64,000 nt of DNA from Bdellovibrionota bacterium (GTDB lineage Bacteria > Bdellovibrionota_C > UBA2361 > JAAYZI01), in contig JBMNIF010000002.1 of NCBI GenBank assembly GCA_050950765.1, forward strand, positions 96,001-160,000, in the 5' to 3' direction. A program made the position numbers and the translations under genes. This document shows, in pieces, positions 39,575-50,063 of this stretch. The notes beneath the pieces are model-generated. The model worked only from the letters and a program-made list of their open reading frames with translations. It was not told the origin of the DNA and ran no database searches. The number at the start of each line of letters is the position of its first letter. The first letter of the stretch is position 1.

Positions 39575-40128
39575 ATCAAACTCCTGTCACAAGCAGGTTC
39601 ATATATACATTTTTTACATTTTTCCACATTTGTTTGCTGAAAATTTTCCATATTAAATTCATGTATTTCTTTAATGAGCGCCTTAAAACGATTATCCATA
39701 ATAAGATCATCTCTAGGTAATAAAATGTCGTAATTTTTATTATCTTTCAAACTATGGAATCTGATTTTTTTAACATCATAGCCCATTTCTGAAAGTGCAT
39801 AATATTGTGCATAAACTTGAAAAATATATCCGTCATATATGGTAGTAATTTTATTTTTCCTCTCCGTTAAAATGCCTTTGTCTATATCAAAAACATCTAT
39901 TTTCCCCCGTATCCCAAAAGTTTGAGAATAAACATCAATCCCTTGCAATATATTTTTTTTATCTGAATAAGAGCTCTTATCAATTGTTTTATGTGCATTC
40001 ATGCCGTCAATTTGGCAAGTTGATTGATAAAGATTTTTATCTAATGCCCCGTATAATTTATGAAAATAGATTGATACAGGACAAAAGATAAAATCATTTA
40101 AATAAGAGATAAGGATAATTTCTTCCAT
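39568..40128 (-). CDS. cas4: Type V-A Cas4
   Basis: NDFIFCP, GKIDVFD, ERK, QVYAQ, CKKCIYEPAC. Confidence 0.95.
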   Translation of the reverse strand: MEEIILISYLNDFIFCPVSIYFHKLYGALDKNLYQSTCQIDGMNAHKTIDKSSYSDKKNILQGIDVYSQTFGIRGKIDVFDIDKGILTERKNKITTIYDGYIFQVYAQYYALSEMGYDVKKIRFHSLKDNKNYDILLPRDDLIMDNRFKALIKEIHEFNMENFQQTNVEKCKKCIYEPACDRSLMC

Positions 40129-40130
40129 TT

Positions 40131-43100
40131 TTAGGCTTTATCTAATCCTTGTACATAAGAAAGCCACTCTTGTTTATTTATGGCAAAATTAACTTTCCTT
40201 CCAGTTGATTCTCTAATTCTTTCTAATATCATCAATCCTTTTCGTGCAATATTATAAGCGCCATTTGCATCCGCATCTAACGGTAAGTTTTTATCTTGTT
40301 TCCTTGAATCATAAAATTCTCCAGACTTATTTTTCACAGGAGACAAAATATAATCTTCTCTTGAATTTGTTATACTATTTCTTAACTGTAATAGTAACTT
40401 AAATAAAGAATAAAATCCTAAGTAACCATCCTTTTCTTTTGTCGCACTAAAAAATTTCGCTTTTTCATTTTGGAGTATACCTTCTTTTATACGGCTTAAG
40501 TCTATCTCATATCTTTTAAATAATTCTTTAAACTCATCTGTTAAATTTATTTCTTCATTATCCCAATTACTATTTTTTTCTGGATTCCTAAAAGAACGGA
40601 CTCTTTCTCCATAAGAACAAAGAGTCCACTCATCTCTTATTCCATAGCTTCCGCCTGTAAAATTAGAATATTTGAATATAAATTCAAAATAATTTTCTTC
40701 TTCGTTATATCTTATATCATCAAATTTTTCGATAAAACTTTTATCAACTTTTTTTAAATCAAATAAATTTACAAAGCCTGTTGTCGGGTCAATCTTGCTT
40801 GTGCACCAAGCAGGAATATAAAAAATGACTCCATTTTGTGCACCTTTAGAATCAGGCTTTGCAAGTTGATAAGCATTTAGTATACCGCCTTGATCTTTTT
40901 TATTAGCAACATCCTTACTTATAAGATAAGATAATTTATTTACAAGCATTGTTTCAAATTTATCATAAACCTGTTTTTCAACTTTTTTTCGAGAATTTTT
41001 AAATCCTCCACTTAAGTCTTCAAGCACAATTATTGCATTATATTTAAGCATAAGCTTAACAATCTTATGAACAACTTGGCTCATATAACCTTCTTTGAGC
41101 TCTTTTATTGTTTCAATTTGATCCCAGCTTTTCCTTGCCTCATCCCTATCTTTTTCTTTTTTATTAAGCGCTGCACGATAATCTGTTTCATATGTAACTC
41201 CATTATATTCATTAACTATATTATTAAGGGAGCACTGTTCAACAATTTCACCTTCTGAATTAATAACAGATAAATAAATTAAATGTCTTTCCCCTCTGTC
41301 TATCCCTATAAGATAAATATCTTTGTTTGCTTTTAAACTATCGTTAACAATTTCATTAATATTATTAAATCCTTTACATTTAAAATTCATCGCCACAGGA
41401 ACATGAAATAAAAATTTATCTACTGAATAGCGCCTATCTTTTATTAAATCATATTCAAACTTACTTTCTTTTTTTGGATTTTTTTCATTTTTGTTTGGAA
41501 TAGGTTCATTAGCTGGATGTGTAATTTTTGCCTCTATACTTTTTTTCCGATAAAAAATTTCTGCTTGACCATTTAATTTATAGACGACATCTTTTAAATT
41601 ATCTTCATCAAATAAGGCTTTCCAATACATTGTATGCAAATTAGGTTTTCCCTTACTGTATTCTGAAAAATCCTTATTGTAGATTTTAAATAGATACAAT
41701 TTCCCATCATTAACTAATTGATCTATATAACCTGCAGAGATGTTTTTAAAATTTATTTTATACCCTTGTTGCTCAACTTCTTTATAAAATTGGCTTATAT
41801 CTTCATATGAAGATGTTTCACTAAATCTAAAATTAAATTTTTTCCAATCATCATGTTTTTCAATAGATCTTTTAAAAAAATCTATTAATTCATGACAAAA
41901 ATCTATATCAAATTTCTCCCCCTTTTTATGACACCCGTCTTGATATTTCTCTAATAATTCAACAGATGGATTAAAATTTTCTCTTCCCTTCTCAGATGAA
42001 ATAAAAACTTTCGGCAACATTTTATTAGCACCAGGTAATAGTTTATACTCCATCTTTTTATAGCTGTTTTTTTGATCTAGTTCTTCCCCTATTTCACTAA
42101 AAATTCCCCTATCCCTACTATCTATAATGCCCAAATAATAAATTCCGTTTCTTTCAAATATCGTGCATGAATTGTCTTTTTCTTTATTTAAATCCCATCC
42201 ATCTAAAAGAGTAGGGTTTTTAAAGTTAAGCTTCATCTTCTCAGTCGAATACGGTTTTTGAGTTAAATAATTTCTCACCTTATTATAAAGAGGAATTATT
42301 TCTTTCAAATCGTCGTATCTCAATAATTCATAAAAATTATTATCAGTTTCTATCTCTTCAACTTTCGGGACTAAAAGTTTTACAAAGTCGTGAAGCTCTT
42401 TTAAATTATCAAGAAAATTTTTAATTATATTTTTTTTAGCTCCATCTTTAACTAAATTTTTTAATCCTTCTCCATAATCTTCATTTTGAATTTCATCAAA
42501 CTTTTTATAAGCCTCCTCTATTCCTGATTTAATGCTTTTTATAACTGACCCATTTGGTTCAGTTTCACAAACCATATCGCTAGTTAAATGCTCTTCAAAA
42601 TATTTTATAAGCTTCTCTTTATTTTCTTTATCATATCTCAAGACGAGGCTTTCAAGGTATTCAACAGATAATACTTTATCTTTCTTTAAGCACTTTCCTC
42701 GCTCTGCAATATATTTTTCAGAATCGATATTTTTATTTTTCCCTGTATAATTTTCATTATATTCCCTTTCTCTTAGACTATTGAGATAGCTCCAATCGTT
42801 ATAAATCTTCTTTGATATATTTGTTAAGGACTCAGCATTAATATAAATTTTACTTAACTCAAAATCTCTTATATTTTTAAATGCATAAACAAGTCCTTTG
42901 TTCTCATTACTAAAAAGTAGATCATTAATTTTGATATAGTAATCTTGGATCTCTTTTATCAACTGTTCATCATCTTCAATCTTATCAATTTTAAATGAAG
43001 CTGTATTTGTATCACTTAGTATCTGTTTATATAAAAGTTTTAATTTAGGGAGTTTTTTACTTTTATCTTCTTGTTGATTTTGATTATGTAAATTTACAAG

Positions 43101-43907
43101 CTCATTTATTCCTTGAATTTTCTTATTCCCTTCTTCAGTTTTTCCAGAAATCGCAAGATTATAATTTTCTATCTGATCTTGTGTAAGGATATCTTTATAT
43201 TTTTCTACAACACTAAATAATTCATCTGTATTTAAGCTTAAATTTCTTTCTATTTTATCCTTAATTTCTGGAATTGCTTCTTTTATTTTTTCAAAATATT
43301 TTATATTTTTTATAAAAGTTGGTAAATTTTGATCGATCAATCTAAATGATATGGCTGTAGATTTATCTTCTTTTGAATAAAAATTTTCTCTATTCTTATT
43401 ATAACCTGTAAAATATGTTGTGAATTTATTAAATATTTCTATATCACTTAATACTTCTTTATCCTCGGCGTAAAAAACTTTTAGATAAGAATTGATGATC
43501 TCTTTACCAAACAGCCCTTTATATTCATCATCCTCTGTAAAACTTTCAGAAATCATTGTGCGTAACTTTTCTTTAACTTTATTAAGAGGCGAATCTTCTT
43601 TATTACTTTTATTTTTACTCTGTGTATCTGTTTTTAAAGTTTCTATATATTCTTTTTCATATTCTTTTAATAAACCAGCAAAAGCATCGTTGCTATTTAA
43701 TTTTTTCAAACATCTATCTATAAAAATTTTATGATACTCATCACAATATTTTTTAACGACTTTAAACTTTTCTGCTTTTAGCTCATCTTCTTCTAGAATA
43801 TTTTTCTCAAAATATTCTTTCGTTCTGCCTTGCGGCTGCAATTCAAATCTCAATGTTTTTGAAACTTGGTATAAATTGTGCATTTCATCAAATAATTTTT
43901 TACTCAT
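40131..43907 (-). CDS. cas12a: Cas12a (Cpf1), 1258 aa, catalytic motifs intact
   Basis: YQVSKTLRFEL, YKLLPGANKMLPKV, RuvC IGIDRGERHL / VLEDL / DADANGAYNIARKG, RNase region THPANEPIPNKN. Confidence 0.98.
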   Translation of the reverse strand: MSKKLFDEMHNLYQVSKTLRFELQPQGRTKEYFEKNILEEDELKAEKFKVVKKYCDEYHKIFIDRCLKKLNSNDAFAGLLKEYEKEYIETLKTDTQSKNKSNKEDSPLNKVKEKLRTMISESFTEDDEYKGLFGKEIINSYLKVFYAEDKEVLSDIEIFNKFTTYFTGYNKNRENFYSKEDKSTAISFRLIDQNLPTFIKNIKYFEKIKEAIPEIKDKIERNLSLNTDELFSVVEKYKDILTQDQIENYNLAISGKTEEGNKKIQGINELVNLHNQNQQEDKSKKLPKLKLLYKQILSDTNTASFKIDKIEDDEQLIKEIQDYYIKINDLLFSNENKGLVYAFKNIRDFELSKIYINAESLTNISKKIYNDWSYLNSLREREYNENYTGKNKNIDSEKYIAERGKCLKKDKVLSVEYLESLVLRYDKENKEKLIKYFEEHLTSDMVCETEPNGSVIKSIKSGIEEAYKKFDEIQNEDYGEGLKNLVKDGAKKNIIKNFLDNLKELHDFVKLLVPKVEEIETDNNFYELLRYDDLKEIIPLYNKVRNYLTQKPYSTEKMKLNFKNPTLLDGWDLNKEKDNSCTIFERNGIYYLGIIDSRDRGIFSEIGEELDQKNSYKKMEYKLLPGANKMLPKVFISSEKGRENFNPSVELLEKYQDGCHKKGEKFDIDFCHELIDFFKRSIEKHDDWKKFNFRFSETSSYEDISQFYKEVEQQGYKINFKNISAGYIDQLVNDGKLYLFKIYNKDFSEYSKGKPNLHTMYWKALFDEDNLKDVVYKLNGQAEIFYRKKSIEAKITHPANEPIPNKNEKNPKKESKFEYDLIKDRRYSVDKFLFHVPVAMNFKCKGFNNINEIVNDSLKANKDIYLIGIDRGERHLIYLSVINSEGEIVEQCSLNNIVNEYNGVTYETDYRAALNKKEKDRDEARKSWDQIETIKELKEGYMSQVVHKIVKLMLKYNAIIVLEDLSGGFKNSRKKVEKQVYDKFETMLVNKLSYLISKDVANKKDQGGILNAYQLAKPDSKGAQNGVIFYIPAWCTSKIDPTTGFVNLFDLKKVDKSFIEKFDDIRYNEEENYFEFIFKYSNFTGGSYGIRDEWTLCSYGERVRSFRNPEKNSNWDNEEINLTDEFKELFKRYEIDLSRIKEGILQNEKAKFFSATKEKDGYLGFYSLFKLLLQLRNSITNSREDYILSPVKNKSGEFYDSRKQDKNLPLDADANGAYNIARKGLMILERIRESTGRKVNFAINKQEWLSYVQGLDKA

Positions 43908-44105
43908 ATCTTTACCTCTTTTAAATTCTTGCCATTAAGAAGCTTGTTTTTTAAGATTATATTGGCACCTTTTATAAGACATGAAAACCTAATAAATTCG
44001 CTTTATCTAAGGTAGTATAGAGGAGAATATCAGCCTTGCAAAAGTTTGCTTCTCTTTCCCACCGTCTGTGCTATCTTAACTCCCTAACCTCTTAAGGATC
44101 GGTTT

Positions 44106-44693
44106 ATGCAAAATATCTTGGAGCTTTCAAAACAAAATCAGCGCCGTGCTTATGAAGTGATAGAAGAAAGCGGCGTTTTTAGTGCTTGGCAAAGTATCGG
44201 TGCAGAAGTGCAGATAGTTGGTTCTTTGCGAATGGGACTCTTAATGAAACATAGAGATATCGATCTTCAGATCTATACAGACCCACTGATAATTTCAGAA
44301 AGCTTCTCCGTTATAAGTAAATTGGCTGAAAATCCCGCCTTCAAAGAAGTAATATACAGAAATATGATTAGCCCCACAGAAGACTACCTTGAATGGCACG
44401 CTTATTACTTGGATAAAAATAACGCCCTCTGGCAACTAGATATGATCCACTTTTTAAAAGGCTCTAAATATTACGGCTATTTTGAAAATGTTGCAGACAG
44501 AATAAAAGCCGTCCTCACAGAAGAAACAAAAAATACCATCTTACGCTTAAAATACGAAACTCCCGAAAATGAAAAGATCTTGGGGCTCGAATACTATCAA
44601 GCCGTTATCAAAGATAACGTGCAAACTTATCAGGATTTTACAGAGTGGCGGAAGAATCACAATATAGATGAGATCGCAACTTGGGTGCCGTAA
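44106..44693 (+). CDS. Nucleotidyltransferase-fold protein
   Basis: GS...DID (VGSLRMGLLMKHRDIDL) and a third Asp (WQLDM): Pol-beta NTase signature. Confidence 0.7.
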   Translation: MQNILELSKQNQRRAYEVIEESGVFSAWQSIGAEVQIVGSLRMGLLMKHRDIDLQIYTDPLIISESFSVISKLAENPAFKEVIYRNMISPTEDYLEWHAYYLDKNNALWQLDMIHFLKGSKYYGYFENVADRIKAVLTEETKNTILRLKYETPENEKILGLEYYQAVIKDNVQTYQDFTEWRKNHNIDEIATWVP

Positions 44694-44780
44694 GCCACTC
44701 CACCTAAAAAACAACTCCAAAAAATTATACCTACACTTTAACCAATCTAGTAACTACCTCATCTCCTAACTCTTAAGCCC

Positions 44781-44985
44781 AAACACCTTTTTCCTAAACT
44801 ACAAAACACCCCTCCATTAGTTGAAACACTTTTTTCCTTAACTACAAAACACTTCTCCATCAGTTAAGACACTTTTCCCCTAAACTACAAAACACCCCTC
44901 CATCAGTTGAGAAACTTTTTTCCTAAAAAGCTTCTAGCTAAGAGATAACACCATTAAACATTTTTTTCCTAAAAAGCTTCTAGCA
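44781..44985. repeat. Intergenic tandem repeat, period about 43 bp
   Basis: Three copies of ttcctaaactacaaaacac...ctccat.agtt, then two copies of tttttcctaaaaagcttctagc. Confidence 0.75.
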
Positions 44986-45118
44986 GAAGGGACAACACAA
45001 AATTCCGCCGCTCACACACAGTGCTACCTATCTCTCTTAATGTCGTGTTACTAAAAAAGGTCTTAAAACTTACTTACAAAGGTCTTCTTAAAAAACCGCC
45101 TCAAAGGGGCGACACAGA

Positions 45119-47737
45119 TCACTTATAACAATCCTCATAAGCCTTACACATCCTCTCCACACTATACAAAGTAGCGCCCCACTCCGCATTCTCTGCAGCA
45201 CTTTGTAATAGCTTTGGATAAGAAGCTTCTAAAGATTTAACAATACTCTCAACACACTCCGCCCCTTGCTGCGGATCTTCAAGGCTATAAAGGGAAGCAT
45301 GCGATCTTAAAAACTCATGCCCGACTATCTCGGATAAAACAACAGGTAAGCCTGCTGCTACCGCCTCTAACGGCCCAAGTGGATGCCCTTCAAAAGTTGA
45401 GCTTGAAACAAAGATATCTGCAGCTTGACACCACTTTTGCGGCACCAATGTCTTACCGGAAAAGAAAACGTGCTCAGAAGAAAGACCCGCTTGCGCCTGT
45501 TTTTTTACATCAGCGGCAAAGTCAGTCCAGTTATCAGGGCCAACAAAGATTAAAGCCGTTTTTTGTCTAACCTCTTCTGATAAACTCCACCATAATTTCA
45601 AAGTCTCATGCTGCCCTTTTTCCGAACTAATTCTAGCTACATTTATAATCCACAACAGATCTTGAACAGTACGCAGTTTTTCTGCCACGTCAGGCTTGAG
45701 CGTATCCAAAAGAGCCGCTCTGATCTCTCTTTTTTCATTTAAGTCCTGCGGCAACGGATAAAAATCAATACCGTTCTCTATAATTTTTATCTTTTTAGTA
45801 GGCACCCCTATTTTTTCATAATATTTCTTAGTGCCTTCAGAAACAACGACCAGTTCATCAACAAAAAGACTAAAAATCCTACTATACAACCTGTGCTTTC
45901 TATCTTTATCAAAACCAACGAAGCTGTGTTGCGTATGAACAACCTTAACACGTCTCGGACAAAACAGCTTTGCCAATGTTGCATAGATCATGGCGTTCAG
46001 ATCATGCGAGTGCAAAACGTTAATCCTTTCACGCAAAATTTTTCGAACCAATCTAAAAACAGTTCTACAAGAGAAACCTTCCCTCTTTTGTAGCAGATCA
46101 AGCTTAATTCCTGCTGCTTCAAATTCAGGAACTAACCCAACTTCATTGCCATTTAACTTATCATAAGCGAAAACAGAGACTTCAAAACCGTTTTTACCAT
46201 TAATATTCTTTGCCAGTGCCAAGACAACTCGCTCTAAACCGCCGATCCATAAATTTTGGCAGACCATTACAACACGTTTTGTTTCATCTAAATGCTTCAT
46301 CGGAAGCTTCCATATAACTAAAGACACAAAATAAAATAATGCAAACAAAGGACCGCAGACAATACCCCAAACAACAGAGGCAGGAAAAGTTTTCCCAAAT
46401 AAAACAATGTCTGTAAAAAACTCCTTCAGATACACCACTATCACAGATAAAACGATGCAAATTATTATGTTATGCGCTAACGGACGAAGTGAACAATATT
46501 CCCGCACCTTCCAACCTGTACTTTTCCCCGCATACCATAAACCATAGAGACGCATTAAGGCACGCACAACTAAAGACGCTATCAAGGCACCATAAGCCGC
46601 CCAGCCCCAAGCAAAAAATGAGCACAACAGTAAGGATAAGCCAGAGAAAAAGACAAAGTTCCACAAGATCCAACGTCCTTGTCCACGTGCTCTCGGTATT
46701 AAGTCATTCGGAAAGATTAGGAGGAAATAACCGATTGCAGAAAATCTAAGATAGCCGACAGCGGCGTGATACTGCGCAGGAAACAGAAGATCGATGATGC
46801 TATCCGCAAAAACAGATATCCCAAAAAAAGCAGGAACTAAAATTATCGCCAACTGCTCCATCGTGGCATAATGTATCGCCGCAGCTGCTGGATAATTTTT
46901 CAGAGCCATTGCTTTTGAGATCTCAGGCAACATCACTCTAGCTACCGAATATTCATACATAAAGAGCGGCGCAATCGCTAACGATCCGACAGCATAAATG
47001 GCGAAATCACTTTTTGTAAGAAACTGAGAGAGTATAAATTGATCAGCATAATTGATTAAAATAGATAAAAGCCCTGCAACAGAAACGGGAAAGGCGTAAC
47101 GATAGATCGCTTTGAAAGTTTTTTTATTCCAGATAAGTCGTGATAGGTGTAATTTATAAGCAGAACAGTAACCGATAACTGTTTTTACTGAAACAGTCGT
47201 AACCTGTGCAATAAAAACTGCAGTAACTGTTTTATAATTCCACGCTGCAAAAACGATCGTTGCCGTTCTAAGCACTTCAAACAACGCATAGAAGATACCG
47301 CCACGCCACCCCCTGCCAACACTAATAGCACCTTCTTCAAAAAACCTACCTGCTGTTTCTCCTAAAACTGCAACACCCAGCAACATTACATGCTCGACCT
47401 TCAGATCAAGCCACGTAGCTATCGGAACGGCAAAAACCGATACAAGCACCATTAAAAATAGTCCCTGTAAAAGGATTAGCCATGAGGTCATCTGAATCGA
47501 TCGGCGACCCTCTTGCCCCTGCCCCGCCCAATACGACAATCCGTTTATCAGTCCAGTTGTCATAGACACACCTGGAACTAACAATAGATAAAGGAAGAAA
47601 ATTTTATATACTCCGAAGCTGTCAGGATCTAAAACTCGCGCCAGAACGATGGGCAGCAACACATTAAATAATGAGGCGCAACTCGATAGAATTGAGACCG
47701 GCCAATGATTGCGTATTTTCGGTGCATCTTCTGACAT
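45119..47737 (-). CDS. Wzx-type flippase fused to a GT4 glycosyltransferase
   Basis: N-terminal about 480 aa MOP/Wzx multi-TM; C-terminal GGLERVV, HSHD, ARISSEKG, EGHPLGPLEA. Confidence 0.85.
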   Translation of the reverse strand: MSEDAPKIRNHWPVSILSSCASLFNVLLPIVLARVLDPDSFGVYKIFFLYLLLVPGVSMTTGLINGLSYWAGQGQEGRRSIQMTSWLILLQGLFLMVLVSVFAVPIATWLDLKVEHVMLLGVAVLGETAGRFFEEGAISVGRGWRGGIFYALFEVLRTATIVFAAWNYKTVTAVFIAQVTTVSVKTVIGYCSAYKLHLSRLIWNKKTFKAIYRYAFPVSVAGLLSILINYADQFILSQFLTKSDFAIYAVGSLAIAPLFMYEYSVARVMLPEISKAMALKNYPAAAAIHYATMEQLAIILVPAFFGISVFADSIIDLLFPAQYHAAVGYLRFSAIGYFLLIFPNDLIPRARGQGRWILWNFVFFSGLSLLLCSFFAWGWAAYGALIASLVVRALMRLYGLWYAGKSTGWKVREYCSLRPLAHNIIICIVLSVIVVYLKEFFTDIVLFGKTFPASVVWGIVCGPLFALFYFVSLVIWKLPMKHLDETKRVVMVCQNLWIGGLERVVLALAKNINGKNGFEVSVFAYDKLNGNEVGLVPEFEAAGIKLDLLQKREGFSCRTVFRLVRKILRERINVLHSHDLNAMIYATLAKLFCPRRVKVVHTQHSFVGFDKDRKHRLYSRIFSLFVDELVVVSEGTKKYYEKIGVPTKKIKIIENGIDFYPLPQDLNEKREIRAALLDTLKPDVAEKLRTVQDLLWIINVARISSEKGQHETLKLWWSLSEEVRQKTALIFVGPDNWTDFAADVKKQAQAGLSSEHVFFSGKTLVPQKWCQAADIFVSSSTFEGHPLGPLEAVAAGLPVVLSEIVGHEFLRSHASLYSLEDPQQGAECVESIVKSLEASYPKLLQSAAENAEWGATLYSVERMCKAYEDCYK

Positions 47738-47744
47738 AAAATAC

Positions 47745-48527
47745 TTACAATAATTTTTTTAAATCAATCTCTGTAAAGGCGATATATCCCGCACGAACGA
47801 TCTGACCATCTGTTTGCGGATCCGTGTCTTCAAAATATCTACTAAGTTGATGTTTAAAACCGTTATCTACCTTCTTGAAACACCGTCCTAAAACCGACTT
47901 CCCTATCTTGGCTTGTACTATTTTTAATTCAGAAGCAGCCTGATCTGGAATATTAAAGCTCCACGTGCGTGACACCACACCGTCAAAATGTGGGAAATCC
48001 TCCCTACTTTTAAGAAACTCCCAGATCTTATCTAACGCTTTTGGCACTTCTGAAAAAAGATGATCCCGCTCCTGTCTTGATAAATTAGCGCTCTTTACCC
48101 GTCTATATTTATCCGAATCAAAAAAACATTGAGAGATAGCAACTCCTGTAATTGAAGGGTTCATCAAATTAGCGTGCAACGCCGCCCCAACTGTGCCGGA
48201 GCTTGCTACGAAACCTAGCCCCGTATTCTCTCCACAATTTACACCAGAGATTACAAAATCAGGTTTATCCTGAAAAAGGTTATGCACACCCCAATCCACA
48301 CAATCAGCAGGAGTTCCATCAATCAAGATAGCCTTACAACCGGAGACCTCCCCCTCTTGCAGATGAATCACGCCGTGCCCACTCATAGAAGTCCCTCGCC
48401 AACTCTGCTCTTTGGCAGGAACTGCAATCTGCAGATCGCTAATCCAAGTCTGTTCTTTCAGATTAGCAACTAAGATCTGAAATAATAACGCATTATACCC
48501 ATCATCATTGGTCAGTAAAATTTTCAT
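47745..48527 (-). CDS. surE: SurE-family nucleotidase
   Basis: ILLTNDDG, GTPADCV, SGVNCGEN, SGTVGAA. Confidence 0.9.
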   Translation of the reverse strand: MKILLTNDDGYNALLFQILVANLKEQTWISDLQIAVPAKEQSWRGTSMSGHGVIHLQEGEVSGCKAILIDGTPADCVDWGVHNLFQDKPDFVISGVNCGENTGLGFVASSGTVGAALHANLMNPSITGVAISQCFFDSDKYRRVKSANLSRQERDHLFSEVPKALDKIWEFLKSREDFPHFDGVVSRTWSFNIPDQAASELKIVQAKIGKSVLGRCFKKVDNGFKHQLSRYFEDTDPQTDGQIVRAGYIAFTEIDLKKLL

Positions 48528-48677
48528 AAATAAACAAACTCACAAATCTATTTAAAAAATAATATTATTCCGATGATATTACTTTTTTATGCACTTTTAA
48601 AAGTGCTTAACTTTTTTCATGATTTTTACACGGATCTTAAGTGGTTTTAAGTAGATTAGAGGATCAAACGAGCCGAC

Positions 48678-50063
48678 TTAAATAGATTCAATCTCAAGTT
48701 TTAAGACCTCACCTTCTGAATGAGTTTCACTATCATGAGATCTTTTATCTCCCAAAATAGCCACAAGAAACGTCTTCACAAGGATAACGATATCTAGATA
48801 CGGTGTCATCCGTTTAATATAGTAGAGGTCAAACTCCAATTTTGTCTTTGATTGCTCCACCGTTGAAGCGTAACCAGAACAAACTTGTGCCCACCCTGAA
48901 ATTCCAGGACGCACCAGTGTGCGCATCTTAAAGAGCGGAATATCATTTTTTAGTTTAGCATACATCTCCGGTCTTTCAGGACGTGGTCCGAAAAAACTCA
49001 TTTCACAACGGATTACGTTAATCAGTTGCGGCAGCTCATCCAATTTATTTCTCCGCAAAATCGCCCCTATGCGTGTTACCCTAGCGTCATCATTACCGAG
49101 ACTCCACTGCGGACCATTAGCTTCAGCATCTGTTCGCATTGAACGAAATTTTATTAACGTAAAAGGTTTCCCTAAATATCCTGTTCTAAGTTGTTTATAA
49201 AAAACAGGACCGGGGCTAGACTTCTTTATCAAAAAAGCGATCACTAAAAACACGGGGGAAAGAAGTAGCAACATTATCACAGCAATAATCGGCTCTAATA
49301 ATATCTTAGCTCTTCTGTACCCTTTCAGTAATGTTGTCTGTTTTGTTGCTTCCAATATAAACGCCCACTGATCGGTATGATCCAAACGCACGCGTCCCGT
49401 AATGTCAGCTTCAAGATTTTGAAAGTCAACCACGGGGATACCTTCAAGATGAGCTCGCACTAAAACTCCATCAACATCAAAATTACCAACGGCAGTACGC
49501 GAAATAACAATTAAGCTGATCTCATGGGCAGTGCCGTTTAAAAAGGCTCTACGTAGATCATTACACGTTAAAAACTCTAAATTCTTTGCATAATTATTTT
49601 CAGTAATATCCGCTATAATCTGTTCTCTTTCCGCAGGTAAAACATCTAGAACGATCTTACGTTTTTTAAGATTTTTAAAGGTACTTCCGTAACAGAAATC
49701 GGCTGCATAAGATATTATTCCGATCACAAAGGAAGCGAGTACAATGCGCACCTCTGAACAGATGCTGAAATCAAAGACGTAATCAAATAATTCATACAAT
49801 GCAAACGTTGCAAGAGAGGAAACTAAAGCAACTATTGTAATATCGCCTTTTCGCGGACGCGGACGTAAAGAGTGAAAATATCCTAATTCTCTTAAAAAAA
49901 AGATTGTGGTTAAGGCAGCTATCAAAGAAAAGGTAACACGAACCTGTACCGCAACATCCGTGCAGACAGGTCCTGCAATGGCAAACAACAACCACGACGA
50001 GAGCAACACTGTTGAAAAGCAATGACTCGAACGTAAATCAGATTTAAAACCACTAAGCTTCAT
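48678..50063 (-). CDS. Priming undecaprenyl-phosphate glycosyl-1-phosphate transferase
   Basis: KFRSM, DARVTRIG, DELPQL, GPRPE, RPGISGWAQV. Confidence 0.92.
   Translation of the reverse strand: MKLSGFKSDLRSSHCFSTVLLSSWLLFAIAGPVCTDVAVQVRVTFSLIAALTTIFFLRELGYFHSLRPRPRKGDITIVALVSSLATFALYELFDYVFDFSICSEVRIVLASFVIGIISYAADFCYGSTFKNLKKRKIVLDVLPAEREQIIADITENNYAKNLEFLTCNDLRRAFLNGTAHEISLIVISRTAVGNFDVDGVLVRAHLEGIPVVDFQNLEADITGRVRLDHTDQWAFILEATKQTTLLKGYRRAKILLEPIIAVIMLLLLSPVFLVIAFLIKKSSPGPVFYKQLRTGYLGKPFTLIKFRSMRTDAEANGPQWSLGNDDARVTRIGAILRRNKLDELPQLINVIRCEMSFFGPRPERPEMYAKLKNDIPLFKMRTLVRPGISGWAQVCSGYASTVEQSKTKLEFDLYYIKRMTPYLDIVILVKTFLVAILGDKRSHDSETHSEGEVLKLEIESI

Noticed and set aside
45054..45068. AAGGTCTTAAA resembling the V-A repeat end
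   Set aside because: 11-nt AT-rich match without the handle; likely chance.
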